A DNA stretch of 64,000 nt from a bacterium (GCA_963675755.2 CAXXMD010000002.1:1984001-2048000); one strand, 5' to 3'. Positions 50,320 to 61,296 are shown, numbered from the stretch's first letter. Numbers and translations are program-made. Notes: generated by a model not told the origin, from the sequence alone.

Positions 50320-53300
50320 TTATTTAAATACAACCGGAATGCGTTTGACAGGCACAACATCACTGCTAGTTTCAGTACATTCACCTGCCTTTTCTGCCTT
50401 GAGTAATGGCCGTTCAGCTAAATCAGATGTAATAAACACCTTTTCAATATCTATATTTTTACCCTGCACTTCCAGATCCAGCGTATTGATACCGGCTTCG
50501 AGCTTGACCTCACCCATGCTATACCATCTGAAATAACGATGATGACCTTCATTTTTTCGGGCCTTTATCCACAATTGGCAGTCCATATTAGATTGTGCGT
50601 CAATGGCAAATACCTGTCTGGAAGTATCCGTATTTACTGCCTCTTTTTCAACGGTCTGACCACCATATATATACAATTCCTCATTATTTCCCAATGTAAA
50701 TATCGGTTTACGCCAGGATGCAGGAACAAAGGGTCCATCCAATACGGTTTCACTCTTGCCCCATGCGTTCACTGCGGTAATAGTTATAAAAACCGGTTTT
50801 TCATTATCCAATCCCTCTATAATCGCCTGGTTTACTGTACCCAAAAGCAGGCGATTGCTCAATCGTGTACTTTCCGTACCCCATTTCAATTCGTAACCGG
50901 TTGCTTTTTCTGAAGGATTGAAATTCACAACCAGCATTCCATTCCAATTCTCAACAGTCGTAATCTCGGGTTTAGCCGGTATTTCTTTGTCAAATGCATT
51001 GGGGGACAACTCAGCCACCATCTCTTTTGACTGACCGCCATTCACCTTAACGGAATATCTTTTTTCTCCCCGCTTGTCCTGAATCTTGATCTTGATCAAA
51101 TGCTGTGCCTGGTCATATATCCAGCCTTGCTGAGTAGAGGTAAAATCACTCATTTCTACCTGAGGTACTGTTTTATCATTTACAGTAACAGAGCCGGGTT
51201 CGTCTCCAAACAATACAACTCCAAACTTTTGCTCAGGTTTTGTGATATTTAAAATCATATTCTCTTTATCACGTTTTGCAAGGATACTGACAGTTTTACC
51301 TTCTTCCCGCAAATCAAACCTGGTATCTTTACAATCGTAAAGCATGAAACACAATCGCAGCAATTCTTTTTCCGACTGATCAAATGCGCCGCCAATATCC
51401 ATGGTTTCGTTCAATGCCAAAGGAACAATTGAATTCGATTTAATAAAGACTGGAATCCGGTTCAAGGGACAGGTATAATTAATCTCTTGTTCTCCATCAA
51501 ACCGTTCATATGTCCAAAAATCCACCCACTCACCGTTGGGTAAATATATATTTCGTGGAAATCCGGGGTCTAACACAGGTGCAACCAGCATCTCTTCACC
51601 CAGCATATATTCATCATCAATATCTTTGGTTGCAGTATCCTGGGGATAATGCAGAAACAGGGTCCGCATCAATGGCAGTCCTTTTTCATTTGCCTGTATC
51701 AAATAGTGATACAAAAACGGAAGCAGATTATATCTCACCCTGGCATAAAACCGATAATTGTCCCAGCCATAAGGATCTTGCTCCCATGGAGCAGGTGCAC
51801 TGCCATGATCATGAAAAGAAGGCCCGAATGTGGAATACTGTACACCGCGAATGTAAACCTCGCGGTCATGCTCGTCATTACCACCCCTGTATCCCGCTAT
51901 ATCATGTCCAATCAGCGGTACTCCGCAGATAGAGATCGCTAACGATGCGTCAACAGTACCCTTGAGCTGCTGAAAATTCCGTCCGCGGTCTCCACCCCAG
52001 CAATAGCCCGCCTTTTGTAATCCCAGTCCGCCGCCCCGGATCCAGATAACGCCACCATTCGGTTTTATACTCTGTATCCAGTTATAAATCTCTTCGCCAA
52101 ACATAACCGCATGGAGATTGGTTATCCCCTTAACCGGACGATGCAGCATTTTCGGATCATAGTCCCGTGGAAACATTTCACTAAAATCAATTTTGATTCC
52201 ATCCAGGTTCTTGTGTTCCGGTACGGATCGGTCACCTTGACCTGTCAAATATTCCGCATACAGGTTTTCTTTCCACCAGTCCATAGCTTCAGGGTTTGTC
52301 ACATCCAGATAAACCGAGTTCATCCGTACCCCACCAATAGCAAAAGTACTGTCTGCCCGTCTTACAAAATATTCAGGTTTACCTTCTTTAATTACAGGAC
52401 TGTTGGGTGCTACTTGTCCTGTGGGTGACCAAAAAACGGTCTTAATCCCAATACCATGCCACTTGTCTACAAGATCGTTCATACTGGGTGTCATATCACG
52501 GTTAAACATGGTCCGAACACCTTCCCACAAAATGATACCCAGTGGAAACTTTTCCCGCATCAGCATATCAATGTCCGCGTTGGCATAGGCGGTATTACTC
52601 CACCCTGTCATTCTACGTCGGCTTAACCAGGTCCCCAGAGACCATCGGGGTATAACCGGTGTACGCCCGGTAATTGCAGTATTTTGCTCAATTACCTTCA
52701 ATGGATCAGGATTACAATACACAAACACATTCATTTCCGAGTCTGGTACCTCAACGCTGAAGCGATCATTAACCAGATCACCCATGTGGAACACAACCGG
52801 TAAACCGGTATTTACCAGTAAACCAAAACGCTTTGATGATAGAAAAAACGGAATGGACTTGTACGTACCGCCATCAATAGACATGTAAGCATCAGAAATT
52901 ATCATATCCACCCGATTACCACGCTGATCCAGTCCGTCAAATTTCTCTCCAAATCCATATACACTTTCAGTGGAATCCAACGCACTGCTAAAACCTATGG
53001 TTTGCAAACTGTCATCATCTACCCACTCTATTCCATCCAGAGTATTGAATATAATTTCACCATCCCGTTCAATTGCAATATCTAACGGCGATTTATCAAT
53101 AATCACTTTAATATCACCACTCAAAAGTACCAGGGTACTGTCAAAATCATTCCATTGAAATTTATTCAATTCCGCATAAACCGACTCTTGTTTTTCAATA
53201 CCAGCTTGAATATTTACAACATCTTTAAAAGGGAATGCAATACGAACACTCAATTCCTGTCCGGTTTTCTGATCTTGCCCGCTGATTTCAAAAATATTTC

Positions 53301-53433
53301 CGTGCGCTGTAAATTGTTCAACCAAAAATGGATTCTTTGTTTGTTCAACACTGTCTGCAGCCGTCGCTAAAGTAAAAAGAATTAAAGAGACAATAAAATT
53401 AATAAATATAACTCGGCGGTAACACAAAGGCAT
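50320..53433 (-). CDS. secreted glycoside hydrolase family 31 with C-terminal FN3-like domain
   Basis: YGFGEKF, YKSIPFF, DVTNPEA..WW, GIKIDFSE (nucleophile), WGGD (acid/base), GHDIAGY, PLMRTL, LVAPV. Confidence 0.9.
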   Translation of the reverse strand: MPLCYRRVIFINFIVSLILFTLATAADSVEQTKNPFLVEQFTAHGNIFEISGQDQKTGQELSVRIAFPFKDVVNIQAGIEKQESVYAELNKFQWNDFDSTLVLLSGDIKVIIDKSPLDIAIERDGEIIFNTLDGIEWVDDDSLQTIGFSSALDSTESVYGFGEKFDGLDQRGNRVDMIISDAYMSIDGGTYKSIPFFLSSKRFGLLVNTGLPVVFHMGDLVNDRFSVEVPDSEMNVFVYCNPDPLKVIEQNTAITGRTPVIPRWSLGTWLSRRRMTGWSNTAYANADIDMLMREKFPLGIILWEGVRTMFNRDMTPSMNDLVDKWHGIGIKTVFWSPTGQVAPNSPVIKEGKPEYFVRRADSTFAIGGVRMNSVYLDVTNPEAMDWWKENLYAEYLTGQGDRSVPEHKNLDGIKIDFSEMFPRDYDPKMLHRPVKGITNLHAVMFGEEIYNWIQSIKPNGGVIWIRGGGLGLQKAGYCWGGDRGRNFQQLKGTVDASLAISICGVPLIGHDIAGYRGGNDEHDREVYIRGVQYSTFGPSFHDHGSAPAPWEQDPYGWDNYRFYARVRYNLLPFLYHYLIQANEKGLPLMRTLFLHYPQDTATKDIDDEYMLGEEMLVAPVLDPGFPRNIYLPNGEWVDFWTYERFDGEQEINYTCPLNRIPVFIKSNSIVPLALNETMDIGGAFDQSEKELLRLCFMLYDCKDTRFDLREEGKTVSILAKRDKENMILNITKPEQKFGVVLFGDEPGSVTVNDKTVPQVEMSDFTSTQQGWIYDQAQHLIKIKIQDKRGEKRYSVKVNGGQSKEMVAELSPNAFDKEIPAKPEITTVENWNGMLVVNFNPSEKATGYELKWGTESTRLSNRLLLGTVNQAIIEGLDNEKPVFITITAVNAWGKSETVLDGPFVPASWRKPIFTLGNNEELYIYGGQTVEKEAVNTDTSRQVFAIDAQSNMDCQLWIKARKNEGHHRYFRWYSMGEVKLEAGINTLDLEVQGKNIDIEKVFITSDLAERPLLKAEKAGECTETSSDVVPVKRIPVVFK

Positions 53434-53619
53434 AAAATAACTCCTTGATGGATATTGAAATTTGTTCATATATTTATTTCTGACGAAAAAATAAAATAAC
53501 GAGGCAAAATACCACGCTTTTCAAAATAAACTCTTTCACAGCAATTTCCAAGGGAAAAACCAAAGTTTACAATCTAATACATTTATTTTAGTGATAATTT
53601 ATTTCTGACTGTAAATAAA

Positions 53620-54408
53620 TCAAACGCGGGTTGCGCGGGTAGCTATAAAGCAGTCAATATTTCCATACAAAGGATTTTCATCATCGTGGTGCGGATCTTC
53701 ATAAAACCCATCAATCACAAAACCGGCTTTGATCTGCTCACCAATCTGATCGGTTAACGTATGTCCGAATTCAAAAGCATGGCCATCCCTGGCATATAAC
53801 TCTTTTTGTTCCGGCGTCAGGGTTTCCAAATCAGAATAAGGGATTTTCTGCACCTTTGTCAAATCTATTTTCCACTCGGGTGCCGTTTCTGCAAAAAGAT
53901 ACAAAATGGGATTACAAAATCCTGCCATCAAAATCCCCTCTTTACGAATTACACGTGCACACTCTTTCCAGACCGGTTTTACATCGGCAACAAAACAGTT
54001 CGAGACAGGATGAAAGATAATATCAAACGATGCATCCGCAAATGCACTCAGGTCTGCCATATCTCCCATGATTGTGGTTATATCCAGGCTTTCACGTTCG
54101 GCTACCATTTGGTCTTGCTCGAGTTGTTTGGGAGAAAGATCATATACCGTCACTTTTGCTCCTGCTGCTGCAAAAACAGGCCCTTGCTGTCCACCTGCAC
54201 TCGCAAGGCAAAGCACATCCTTGCCCCGAATATCTCCAAACCATTTTCTTGGGACAGGTGTTTGCGGAGTCAACACAACCTCCCATTTGCCCTTGCGTGC
54301 ATCAGCAATTACCTGAGAAGATACCGGTTGGGTCCATCGATTTTCCAGCCTAACATAAGTGTCCCAGGTTTTCTGGTTATGTTTCAGATAAGAGGCATCA
54401 TTACTCAT
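53620..54408 (-). CDS. class I SAM-dependent methyltransferase
   Basis: VLCLASAGGQQ, VTVYDLS, FDIIFHPVS motifs. Confidence 0.9.
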   Translation of the reverse strand: MSNDASYLKHNQKTWDTYVRLENRWTQPVSSQVIADARKGKWEVVLTPQTPVPRKWFGDIRGKDVLCLASAGGQQGPVFAAAGAKVTVYDLSPKQLEQDQMVAERESLDITTIMGDMADLSAFADASFDIIFHPVSNCFVADVKPVWKECARVIRKEGILMAGFCNPILYLFAETAPEWKIDLTKVQKIPYSDLETLTPEQKELYARDGHAFEFGHTLTDQIGEQIKAGFVIDGFYEDPHHDDENPLYGNIDCFIATRATRV

Positions 54409-54995
54409 TGTTCTTTATGCTCCCGCTGCAAGATCATTTCAATAAACTGAGGAAACGCCATGGAATATTTACCCATAAAAAACTCTCTTTTGGGAAAACG
54501 GATCAATTGAGATTTTCGTACAAATGCAGACTCTGCCTCTCGCCCCTGCCCTGTACCCTCCAGAGCAAAACTCCACCAATGCTGTTCCCCAACAGTAATA
54601 CCGCTCAATTCCAGTTGATACCCGGCATGTCCTTCAGCTTCCGGTACAATCAACAGTAATCTTCTTTTATGGATATCCAGCCATTTCTGAGAAGCTCCAA
54701 CCATCTGCTCATAATCCGTCCCGGCATCAAGCTTGAAACTCCATTTCGTCCATGCATCTACCATTCCCGAGGTATAAGGTCCCAAATCCTGTATACCTAA
54801 TTCCTTTTGCCGCTCTTTGATCTCTATAAATCCGTCACGCAGTTTAATGCTCATAGCCTCACTGACTGTGGTAAAATATCGATCAGTCCGCTCTTCTATC
54901 AACGGCATCTCTTGCGACATACCTGCAAACCATTCCGTAATCTCAAAGGGAATTCCTCCCTCCAAAAACCAACGTACTTCAATTGTAGAATACAT
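54405..54995 (-). CDS. CYTH-like (triphosphate tunnel) protein
   Basis: IEVRWF, RTDRYF, IKLRDG..EIK, HKRR, ELS..LE pattern; ATGA-coupled to the methyltransferase. Confidence 0.55.
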   Translation of the reverse strand: MYSTIEVRWFLEGGIPFEITEWFAGMSQEMPLIEERTDRYFTTVSEAMSIKLRDGFIEIKERQKELGIQDLGPYTSGMVDAWTKWSFKLDAGTDYEQMVGASQKWLDIHKRRLLLIVPEAEGHAGYQLELSGITVGEQHWWSFALEGTGQGREAESAFVRKSQLIRFPKREFFMGKYSMAFPQFIEMILQREHKEQ

Positions 54996-55146
54996 AAACC
55001 CACCTGCTGGATTCACAAACATTTCACTATACATAAATATTTAAGAATTTGCAAATAAAAATTTAGTATTCAATACATAAAAAAAAAGCCGAGCCATAAT
55101 CGGCCCGACTTTCTCATCATGGGGGGTATGAAATATAAATAATATT

Positions 55147-55836
55147 CTAGTTATCAGTAAGATTTTCTCCATAAACCAGGCTAACCCGTTCAATGCCTTC
55201 CAAAGCACTCAGGTCCTGAACCAACTCCTGGTGTCCGACATTTTTCCGGAATCGGATATTAAACGTTAATTCTAAAAATTCTCCCAATCTCGCAGATCGA
55301 ATGTTCACCAAAGAATGCACTGTCAGGTATTTTTTAAACACATCCATATATACAGGCTGATCAGAGTGTTGTGGGATGGACCAGAAACGCAGTACCATCT
55401 CTTCCTGTACCGCGGCGCCATATTTGGTAAAATGCAATACCACAACAAATAACGCAACACTCACACATCCAATAATACCAATCACATGATTTCCTGATCC
55501 CGCTGCCATTCCCGCGGCAAGCGAGAAAAACACAAACGCGATATCTATGGAATCTTTAACCGCAGTTCTAAACCGGATTATCGACATGGCACCAACAAGA
55601 CCAAAAGCCCGCGCAAGATTATTACCAATAACCATAATCACAATCGTAGTTACCATGGTTATAATAATCAACGTATTTACAAATGTTACCGAATACGCGT
55701 ATCCTTTATATGTCAGCTTGTATACAAGTGTTATCAACAATCCCAGACACAATGATAAAGCAATGTTGAAAAACACATCAAAAATAGTTATTGTAGCACT
55801 GTCTGCCAACAGGCTGTTAAATACCAATTCCTGCAC
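55147..55836 (-). CDS. DUF4956 membrane protein
   Basis: IGNNLARAFGLVGAMSIIRFRTAVKD signature; start at GTG 55836. Confidence 0.88.
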   Translation of the reverse strand: MQELVFNSLLADSATITIFDVFFNIALSLCLGLLITLVYKLTYKGYAYSVTFVNTLIIITMVTTIVIMVIGNNLARAFGLVGAMSIIRFRTAVKDSIDIAFVFFSLAAGMAAGSGNHVIGIIGCVSVALFVVVLHFTKYGAAVQEEMVLRFWSIPQHSDQPVYMDVFKKYLTVHSLVNIRSARLGEFLELTFNIRFRKNVGHQELVQDLSALEGIERVSLVYGENLTDN

Positions 55837-56584
55837 GATAGGTCCCTTTATTATTATTAAAATGTCCTTCAATCCCCATCGAATATTTCGATATGGATTC
55901 AGGACGCACTTGAATCACTTGCACCAAACGCCTCATCCATTTGGGCATAAATTCATCAAACTTTAATTCCAAAATACAGCTATTGTCTGTAACCGGCATC
56001 AAACATTCGTTGGTAAATAGATCCGTTAAACGCGGAGCATAAAGTGTTCTCACATTATAATCAATGGTTAAACGAACACGTTCATTGTACATATCCATAT
56101 AAGCGTCACGGTCATACAGCACCAACAGCGAAGGTTCTAGATTCAAAGAAACCAGATTAAAAACAAATCGGTCAAGAGATATATCATTACCGTTCGTAAC
56201 TCTGTTTTTTTGTATAAAATCAAATGGCGAGTTTATTATATCATCCAGACTGCAAATTTTAAATTTTGAACGCTCTTTTACAACATTATTATTGTACCGT
56301 CGTTTAATTTCCAAGAATCCAATACTATCGTCCTGATATTCATTATAAGTGCGTATGCGCAATTTCTTTCTTACTTTTAAGCCATCTGCTTTTTCATAAT
56401 AAAAATCAAGTTGTGGAGTATCAAAATAAAGGCTGCGTACAAGATATCGGTTATCCGGAACATTAACCGCATGGGGATCCAGCTCAACATATGGCCTAAT
56501 AAACGCTTTCAGCGCATCAATACGGTCTTTGGGAACATAATATTTAATCTCAAATCTGGATATGTGGTTTACATTTCCTGCCAT
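55817..56584 (-). CDS. VTC domain (polyphosphate polymerase-like) protein
   Basis: RFEIKY, VRSLYFDT, RKKLRIRTY, LEIK, RLTID, ILELKF, SKY motifs. Confidence 0.9.
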   Translation of the reverse strand: MAGNVNHISRFEIKYYVPKDRIDALKAFIRPYVELDPHAVNVPDNRYLVRSLYFDTPQLDFYYEKADGLKVRKKLRIRTYNEYQDDSIGFLEIKRRYNNNVVKERSKFKICSLDDIINSPFDFIQKNRVTNGNDISLDRFVFNLVSLNLEPSLLVLYDRDAYMDMYNERVRLTIDYNVRTLYAPRLTDLFTNECLMPVTDNSCILELKFDEFMPKWMRRLVQVIQVRPESISKYSMGIEGHFNNNKGTYRAGIGI

Positions 56585-56608
56585 CTTATTTTCCTCAAAT
56601 CATGTTAA

Positions 56609-57694
56609 TCATTTTAAAAATGCCAGTTTTCTATATTTGTAATTATTCCAATGGCTTGTTATTTGTTTATACAATGATGATTCTCCATAATGGATCTTGG
56701 CATATCCTGTAGAACCATTGAATAATATTTTGTTTGTATTCGCCAGGTTGCAGTATATAATAAACATGGATTGACCATTTATAAAATAAGCCTGGTTGCC
56801 AATTCGAACAATTCTGCACTCCAGCTGTTCATAGTGCGAATGAGGCAAAATGATCTCAACTTTTTGTCCTGGTTTTAATTGATGCAAATATTCCTCAGTT
56901 ACCGGTATTTGTACTATCAGGGTATCAATCTTGTTGATCTGGCAAACTACACCCGCCTCATTGCAATCCCCAACAATACCGGAAATAGGCGTAACAAGTG
57001 CTTCTGCTTTTTTCTTGTTCAAAAGCAATCCAAATTGAGCTTCAAGTCCTGCCAATTCTTTTTTCACATAATCGATCTGTTCCTGTTTTTCTCCGGATTC
57101 GGCTGCTTTTAATCTGGCCTTTTGTAATGAAACATTGATCTTGTAGAGATTGTTTTCAGCTTCCGCAAGTTCCAGATCTTGCTGGCTGATCAGGTTTTTC
57201 TCCAATAGATCTTTTTTACGATCAAGTTGTGGTTGGTACGCTTCAAGTTGGGCCTGAGCATAAAGCAGAGCTTGCTTTGCTTCTTCTCTTACTTCTTTTT
57301 TCTCTCCGGTTGATAATAATTCCAATTCCGCCTGCACCGTTTCAATTTCTGTCTTCAGAGATTCAAAACGATAAGCATCCTCTTGTGAATGGATATTGGC
57401 AACAATCTTCCCGGCATCAAGATATCTGCCAACAGCGACATCAGGCTCAACCTCAAACCGGATCAAATCAGGACGACTGAAATGATAACAGTCGAATCGC
57501 TCCAGGGTGTTCTTGTCATTCCGCTTAAATTCCACATAGACCTTTTCAGGATCGTCAACATGAACAGACCATTCAGCCTGACTTATAAATCGACAGGGAA
57601 ATTTGACGGTATGACGAGTTGTAATAAATCCTGATAAAATAAAAAGAATAATTACAACTATAGACAACATGATGATGGTATATTTTTTTCTCAA
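56609..57694 (-). CDS. HlyD-family membrane fusion/periplasmic adaptor protein
   Basis: N-terminal TM anchor, long coiled coil, TPISGIV, LKPGQKVEI, GSTGYAKI. Confidence 0.75.
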   Translation of the reverse strand: MRKKYTIIMLSIVVIILFILSGFITTRHTVKFPCRFISQAEWSVHVDDPEKVYVEFKRNDKNTLERFDCYHFSRPDLIRFEVEPDVAVGRYLDAGKIVANIHSQEDAYRFESLKTEIETVQAELELLSTGEKKEVREEAKQALLYAQAQLEAYQPQLDRKKDLLEKNLISQQDLELAEAENNLYKINVSLQKARLKAAESGEKQEQIDYVKKELAGLEAQFGLLLNKKKAEALVTPISGIVGDCNEAGVVCQINKIDTLIVQIPVTEEYLHQLKPGQKVEIILPHSHYEQLECRIVRIGNQAYFINGQSMFIIYCNLANTNKILFNGSTGYAKIHYGESSLYKQITSHWNNYKYRKLAFLK

Positions 57695-57776
57695 GTGAAC
57701 ACCGCTTATTATTTGAGTATATCTGTCTTATTTTCCCATTAGACAATAATGAATGCGGTTTCATTCCTACCCCTAT

Positions 57777-57819
57777 AAAAAAAAAGGCCGGTTTAATGAA
57801 TACCGGCCCGTTTTTTTTA
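57777..57819 (-). terminator. intrinsic terminator
   Basis: A-run, GGCCGGT...ACCGGCC stem, T-run. Confidence 0.65.
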
Positions 57820-60800
57820 TTTGATCAAAATCATCTTTTTCATATCTATAAAATCACCCGCCTTGATCTTGAAATAATACAATCCGCTGGAATGATTCAC
57901 ACCATTCCAATTGATCTGATGGGTGCCTGCGTTTCGATTTTCTGAAATCAACCGATCTACCAACTGACCATTACTGTTGTATACCGATAATTCCACAAAA
58001 GCAGATTTTGGTAAATCAAAACTAATATGAGTAGTCGGATTAAATGGATTCGGATAATTCTGGTATAAATTAAACCGGGTTGGCAACGCGCCCGTATCTT
58101 CAATACCTGTAGGATGATCTACAACAATCAGCTTTTCTTTAATCATCGTATCACTTCCACCAGGTCCGGCTACTGTCAACGAAACAGTAAATGAATCCGC
58201 TGTTGTATATTCGTGCAGTGGATTCTGGTCGTCACTGCTACTGCCATCACCAAAATCCCATAACCACTCGGTTATAACACCGCTGGAACTGTCAGAAAAC
58301 TGTACAGTAAATGGATAAGCACCAGCAGTAGAATCAACTGCAAACGCAGCAATGGGAGCAGGTTCTATTACAATAATATAATTTGTTTTAACGCATGTAT
58401 CTGATCCACCCGGCCCGGATACAGATAAAGAGACTGAAAAAGTATCAGCAACTGTATAGGTATGTTCCGGATTTTGCTCATCACTGGTTTCTCCATCACC
58501 AAAATCCCATGACCATTCAGTTATCGTTCCGGTAGAACTGTCAGCAAACTGTACGGTCAATGGTGCAATACCTCCGGTTGTATCAGCCGCAAAAACAGCT
58601 ACCGGTTGCGCTTCATTAACAACAATATAATTTTCCTTTACTAATGTATTTAAACCGTCCGGTCCTTCTACCGTTAATGATACAGAAAAAGAATCTGCTG
58701 TTTCATAAACATGCAGAGGATTCTGTTCAGTACTTGAATTGCCATCACCAAAATCCCATAACCATTCAGAAATATAACCGGTAGACAGATCCTGAAATTC
58801 TACCTGCAAAGGTGAAATCCCGTTTGTGGGCTCTGCTATAAAATTAGCTATCGGTTCAACACTCATGAACGAGGTGTTTTGGTAATTGCAGCCCAATTTA
58901 GGCCAGGGACTGTCAGCCAAGCCATAGCTCTCGGTCTGTAAACAATAAAAGTTACCATCGTTGGATCCAATATACAATTTACCATTCATATCCAATGAAG
59001 GTGAAGAAACAATCTCTCCGCTAGTAGCATATTTCCAATTCAGTGTCCCATCAGGATGAATAGCGTATACATTCTTGTCAGATGAGCCCACATAAATCAT
59101 ACCATCATATCCAACAGTAGGAGAAGATTCAATCGCAGCACCGGTTTCATACTGCCATTTTAATGTACCATCATTATTCAAAGCATACAAATTCTGGTCT
59201 AATGAGCCCACATAAATTGTACTGTCCGCACCAATCGATGGAGATGAGGTAACATTATCACCGGTTTGATATTTCCATTTCACAGTTCCATCAGAATTTA
59301 ATGCATACAAATTGCCATCATTTGATCCAAAATAAATTGTGCCATCATAATCAATCGCTGCTGAAGATCTCACATACTTGCCGGTATCATATTTCCATTT
59401 CACTGAGCCATCCGGATTAACTGCATACAAAATACCATCGTTCGATCCAAAATAAATTGTTCCATCTTGAGCGATTGAAGGAGTTGTATAAATTCGTCCA
59501 CCTGCCGGGACCGTCCACTTTCGTGACCCATCAGGATTTAACGCAAATAAATAACGACCTTCACTGGTAATATAAATTGTACTGTCTTTACCAATAGAAG
59601 CTGAACCTCTTAAATTTCCGGACAGATATGCATTCCAAACTTCTTGTCCATTATTATCGATTTTGTACAAACGGCCTGAACCTGCCGGTATATACAATTC
59701 ATTGTCAGGGCCAATAGTATTTGACGCTAAAACATACCCAAATTCATCGGTTTGCCAGTTCAACTCACCATCAGAGTCGAATGAATAACTATTTCCAATT
59801 GTAGATCCAATATAAACCTTACCATCATAATCTAAAGATGCCGAAGCTGAAATTTCACTAAAAGTATAAAATGTCCAGCTTATTGGGCCATAATAAGCAT
59901 TCATAACATCAGCAGATACTAAATTTTCCTGATTACGAACAGTGACTGCAAATTTATAATTTCCAAAATCATTACTATCAAATGATACTGTGGTAATACT
60001 TGAGGTTGAATCAGCAATAGTGACAGCACTATTTTCCGGTTTTTCAAGAACTCTCCAACTAAAACTCAATTCACTACCATTGGGGTCAAAAGATTGACTC
60101 GCATCAAGTCTTAAACTATTACCACTCGAAACATACTTTTGTATTTCATCAAAACCAACTTGAGGACTGTCAGTATTATAACTATTACTTGTACAGCTTG
60201 CATTTTTATGGCTTTTCGGCCAGGGGCTGTCCGCTAACCCATAACTCTCGGTTTGGAACGCATACAGTTCTGACTTTTGATTGGGATAGGTACCCGTAAC
60301 ACTATTAGCAATTAACAACCCTGTGTTTGTTATAGTGCTAATATTCATCATTCCATTAGATTTATATTTCCATTTTTCAGTTCCGTCAAAATTTATTGCA
60401 TATATGTACCAATCTGTCGAACCAATATAAATAGTACTGTCTGCTCCAATAATGAGGGGACGTGCGGAGCCACCATGAGTTTGATATTTCCAGATTTCAT
60501 TTCCGTCACGATCTAATGAATAAACATATTGATCTCGAGCATACAAATATAATCTTCCGGCAGGTCCAATTACTACAGACGCACCGGTAGTGTTCATTTC
60601 ATCAATATGCCATTTAATAGAACCATCTGGATTAACTGCAAAAATCCCATTAGTATTAGTAGCAACATAAATCGTACCGTCTGAATCTATAGTTGGTGTT
60701 GAAATATATTCTGCATCAAGTTCAATTCTCCATTTCAACTCTCCACCTGGCGATAATGCATACAAAATACTTTCCAGTGTACTAAAATAAATGGTACCAT

Positions 60801-61296
60801 CTGGCCCTATAGAAGGTGAATCCTCTATAAAACCAACTGCAGTATACTGCCATTTCAAGGTACCATCTGGATTAATTGCATACATGATCCCGTTACCTTC
60901 ACCTATATAAATGGTTCCGTCATCTGCTAACGCAGGTGTATGCATAAAAGCATTTTCACACAAAAATTTCCATTTTTCGGTACCATCAGGATTCAATGCA
61001 TAAAGATATGAATCCTGGTTACCTATATAAATAGTACCATCAGGCGCAACACAAGGTGCATCGCTAAATTCTTCTAATCCCGGGGTAAACTCCCATAACA
61101 AGTTACCGTCAAAATCAATAGCATATGCGGTTCCAATCTGAGAAGCCCAATAGAGTATATTTTCGCTACCTATAGCTACATCCCGATAAGTTGTTCCTCC
61201 AAAATCCTTTTTCCAAACAAGCTCTCCATCACTTTGCGCAAAACCAGCTGCTGTCATTATCATAATCATGAATACCGTTATCAGACGTACCTTCAT
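57817..61296 (-). CDS. secreted protein with two PQQ-like beta-propellers, PKD repeats and a C-terminal sorting domain
   Basis: Repeats of SSP.I..DGTIY.GS.D..LYALNPDG..KW; three WDFGDG..QNP.H.Y PKD repeats; LYQNYPNPFNPTT. Confidence 0.9.
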   Translation of the reverse strand: MKVRLITVFMIMIMTAAGFAQSDGELVWKKDFGGTTYRDVAIGSENILYWASQIGTAYAIDFDGNLLWEFTPGLEEFSDAPCVAPDGTIYIGNQDSYLYALNPDGTEKWKFLCENAFMHTPALADDGTIYIGEGNGIMYAINPDGTLKWQYTAVGFIEDSPSIGPDGTIYFSTLESILYALSPGGELKWRIELDAEYISTPTIDSDGTIYVATNTNGIFAVNPDGSIKWHIDEMNTTGASVVIGPAGRLYLYARDQYVYSLDRDGNEIWKYQTHGGSARPLIIGADSTIYIGSTDWYIYAINFDGTEKWKYKSNGMMNISTITNTGLLIANSVTGTYPNQKSELYAFQTESYGLADSPWPKSHKNASCTSNSYNTDSPQVGFDEIQKYVSSGNSLRLDASQSFDPNGSELSFSWRVLEKPENSAVTIADSTSSITTVSFDSNDFGNYKFAVTVRNQENLVSADVMNAYYGPISWTFYTFSEISASASLDYDGKVYIGSTIGNSYSFDSDGELNWQTDEFGYVLASNTIGPDNELYIPAGSGRLYKIDNNGQEVWNAYLSGNLRGSASIGKDSTIYITSEGRYLFALNPDGSRKWTVPAGGRIYTTPSIAQDGTIYFGSNDGILYAVNPDGSVKWKYDTGKYVRSSAAIDYDGTIYFGSNDGNLYALNSDGTVKWKYQTGDNVTSSPSIGADSTIYVGSLDQNLYALNNDGTLKWQYETGAAIESSPTVGYDGMIYVGSSDKNVYAIHPDGTLNWKYATSGEIVSSPSLDMNGKLYIGSNDGNFYCLQTESYGLADSPWPKLGCNYQNTSFMSVEPIANFIAEPTNGISPLQVEFQDLSTGYISEWLWDFGDGNSSTEQNPLHVYETADSFSVSLTVEGPDGLNTLVKENYIVVNEAQPVAVFAADTTGGIAPLTVQFADSSTGTITEWSWDFGDGETSDEQNPEHTYTVADTFSVSLSVSGPGGSDTCVKTNYIIVIEPAPIAAFAVDSTAGAYPFTVQFSDSSSGVITEWLWDFGDGSSSDDQNPLHEYTTADSFTVSLTVAGPGGSDTMIKEKLIVVDHPTGIEDTGALPTRFNLYQNYPNPFNPTTHISFDLPKSAFVELSVYNSNGQLVDRLISENRNAGTHQINWNGVNHSSGLYYFKIKAGDFIDMKKMILIK

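Noticed and set aside
53806-54450. 214-aa plus-strand ORF and similar long antisense ORFs (21551-22120, 43841-44398)
   Set aside because: They lie opposite well-supported genes and have no protein-family motifs.
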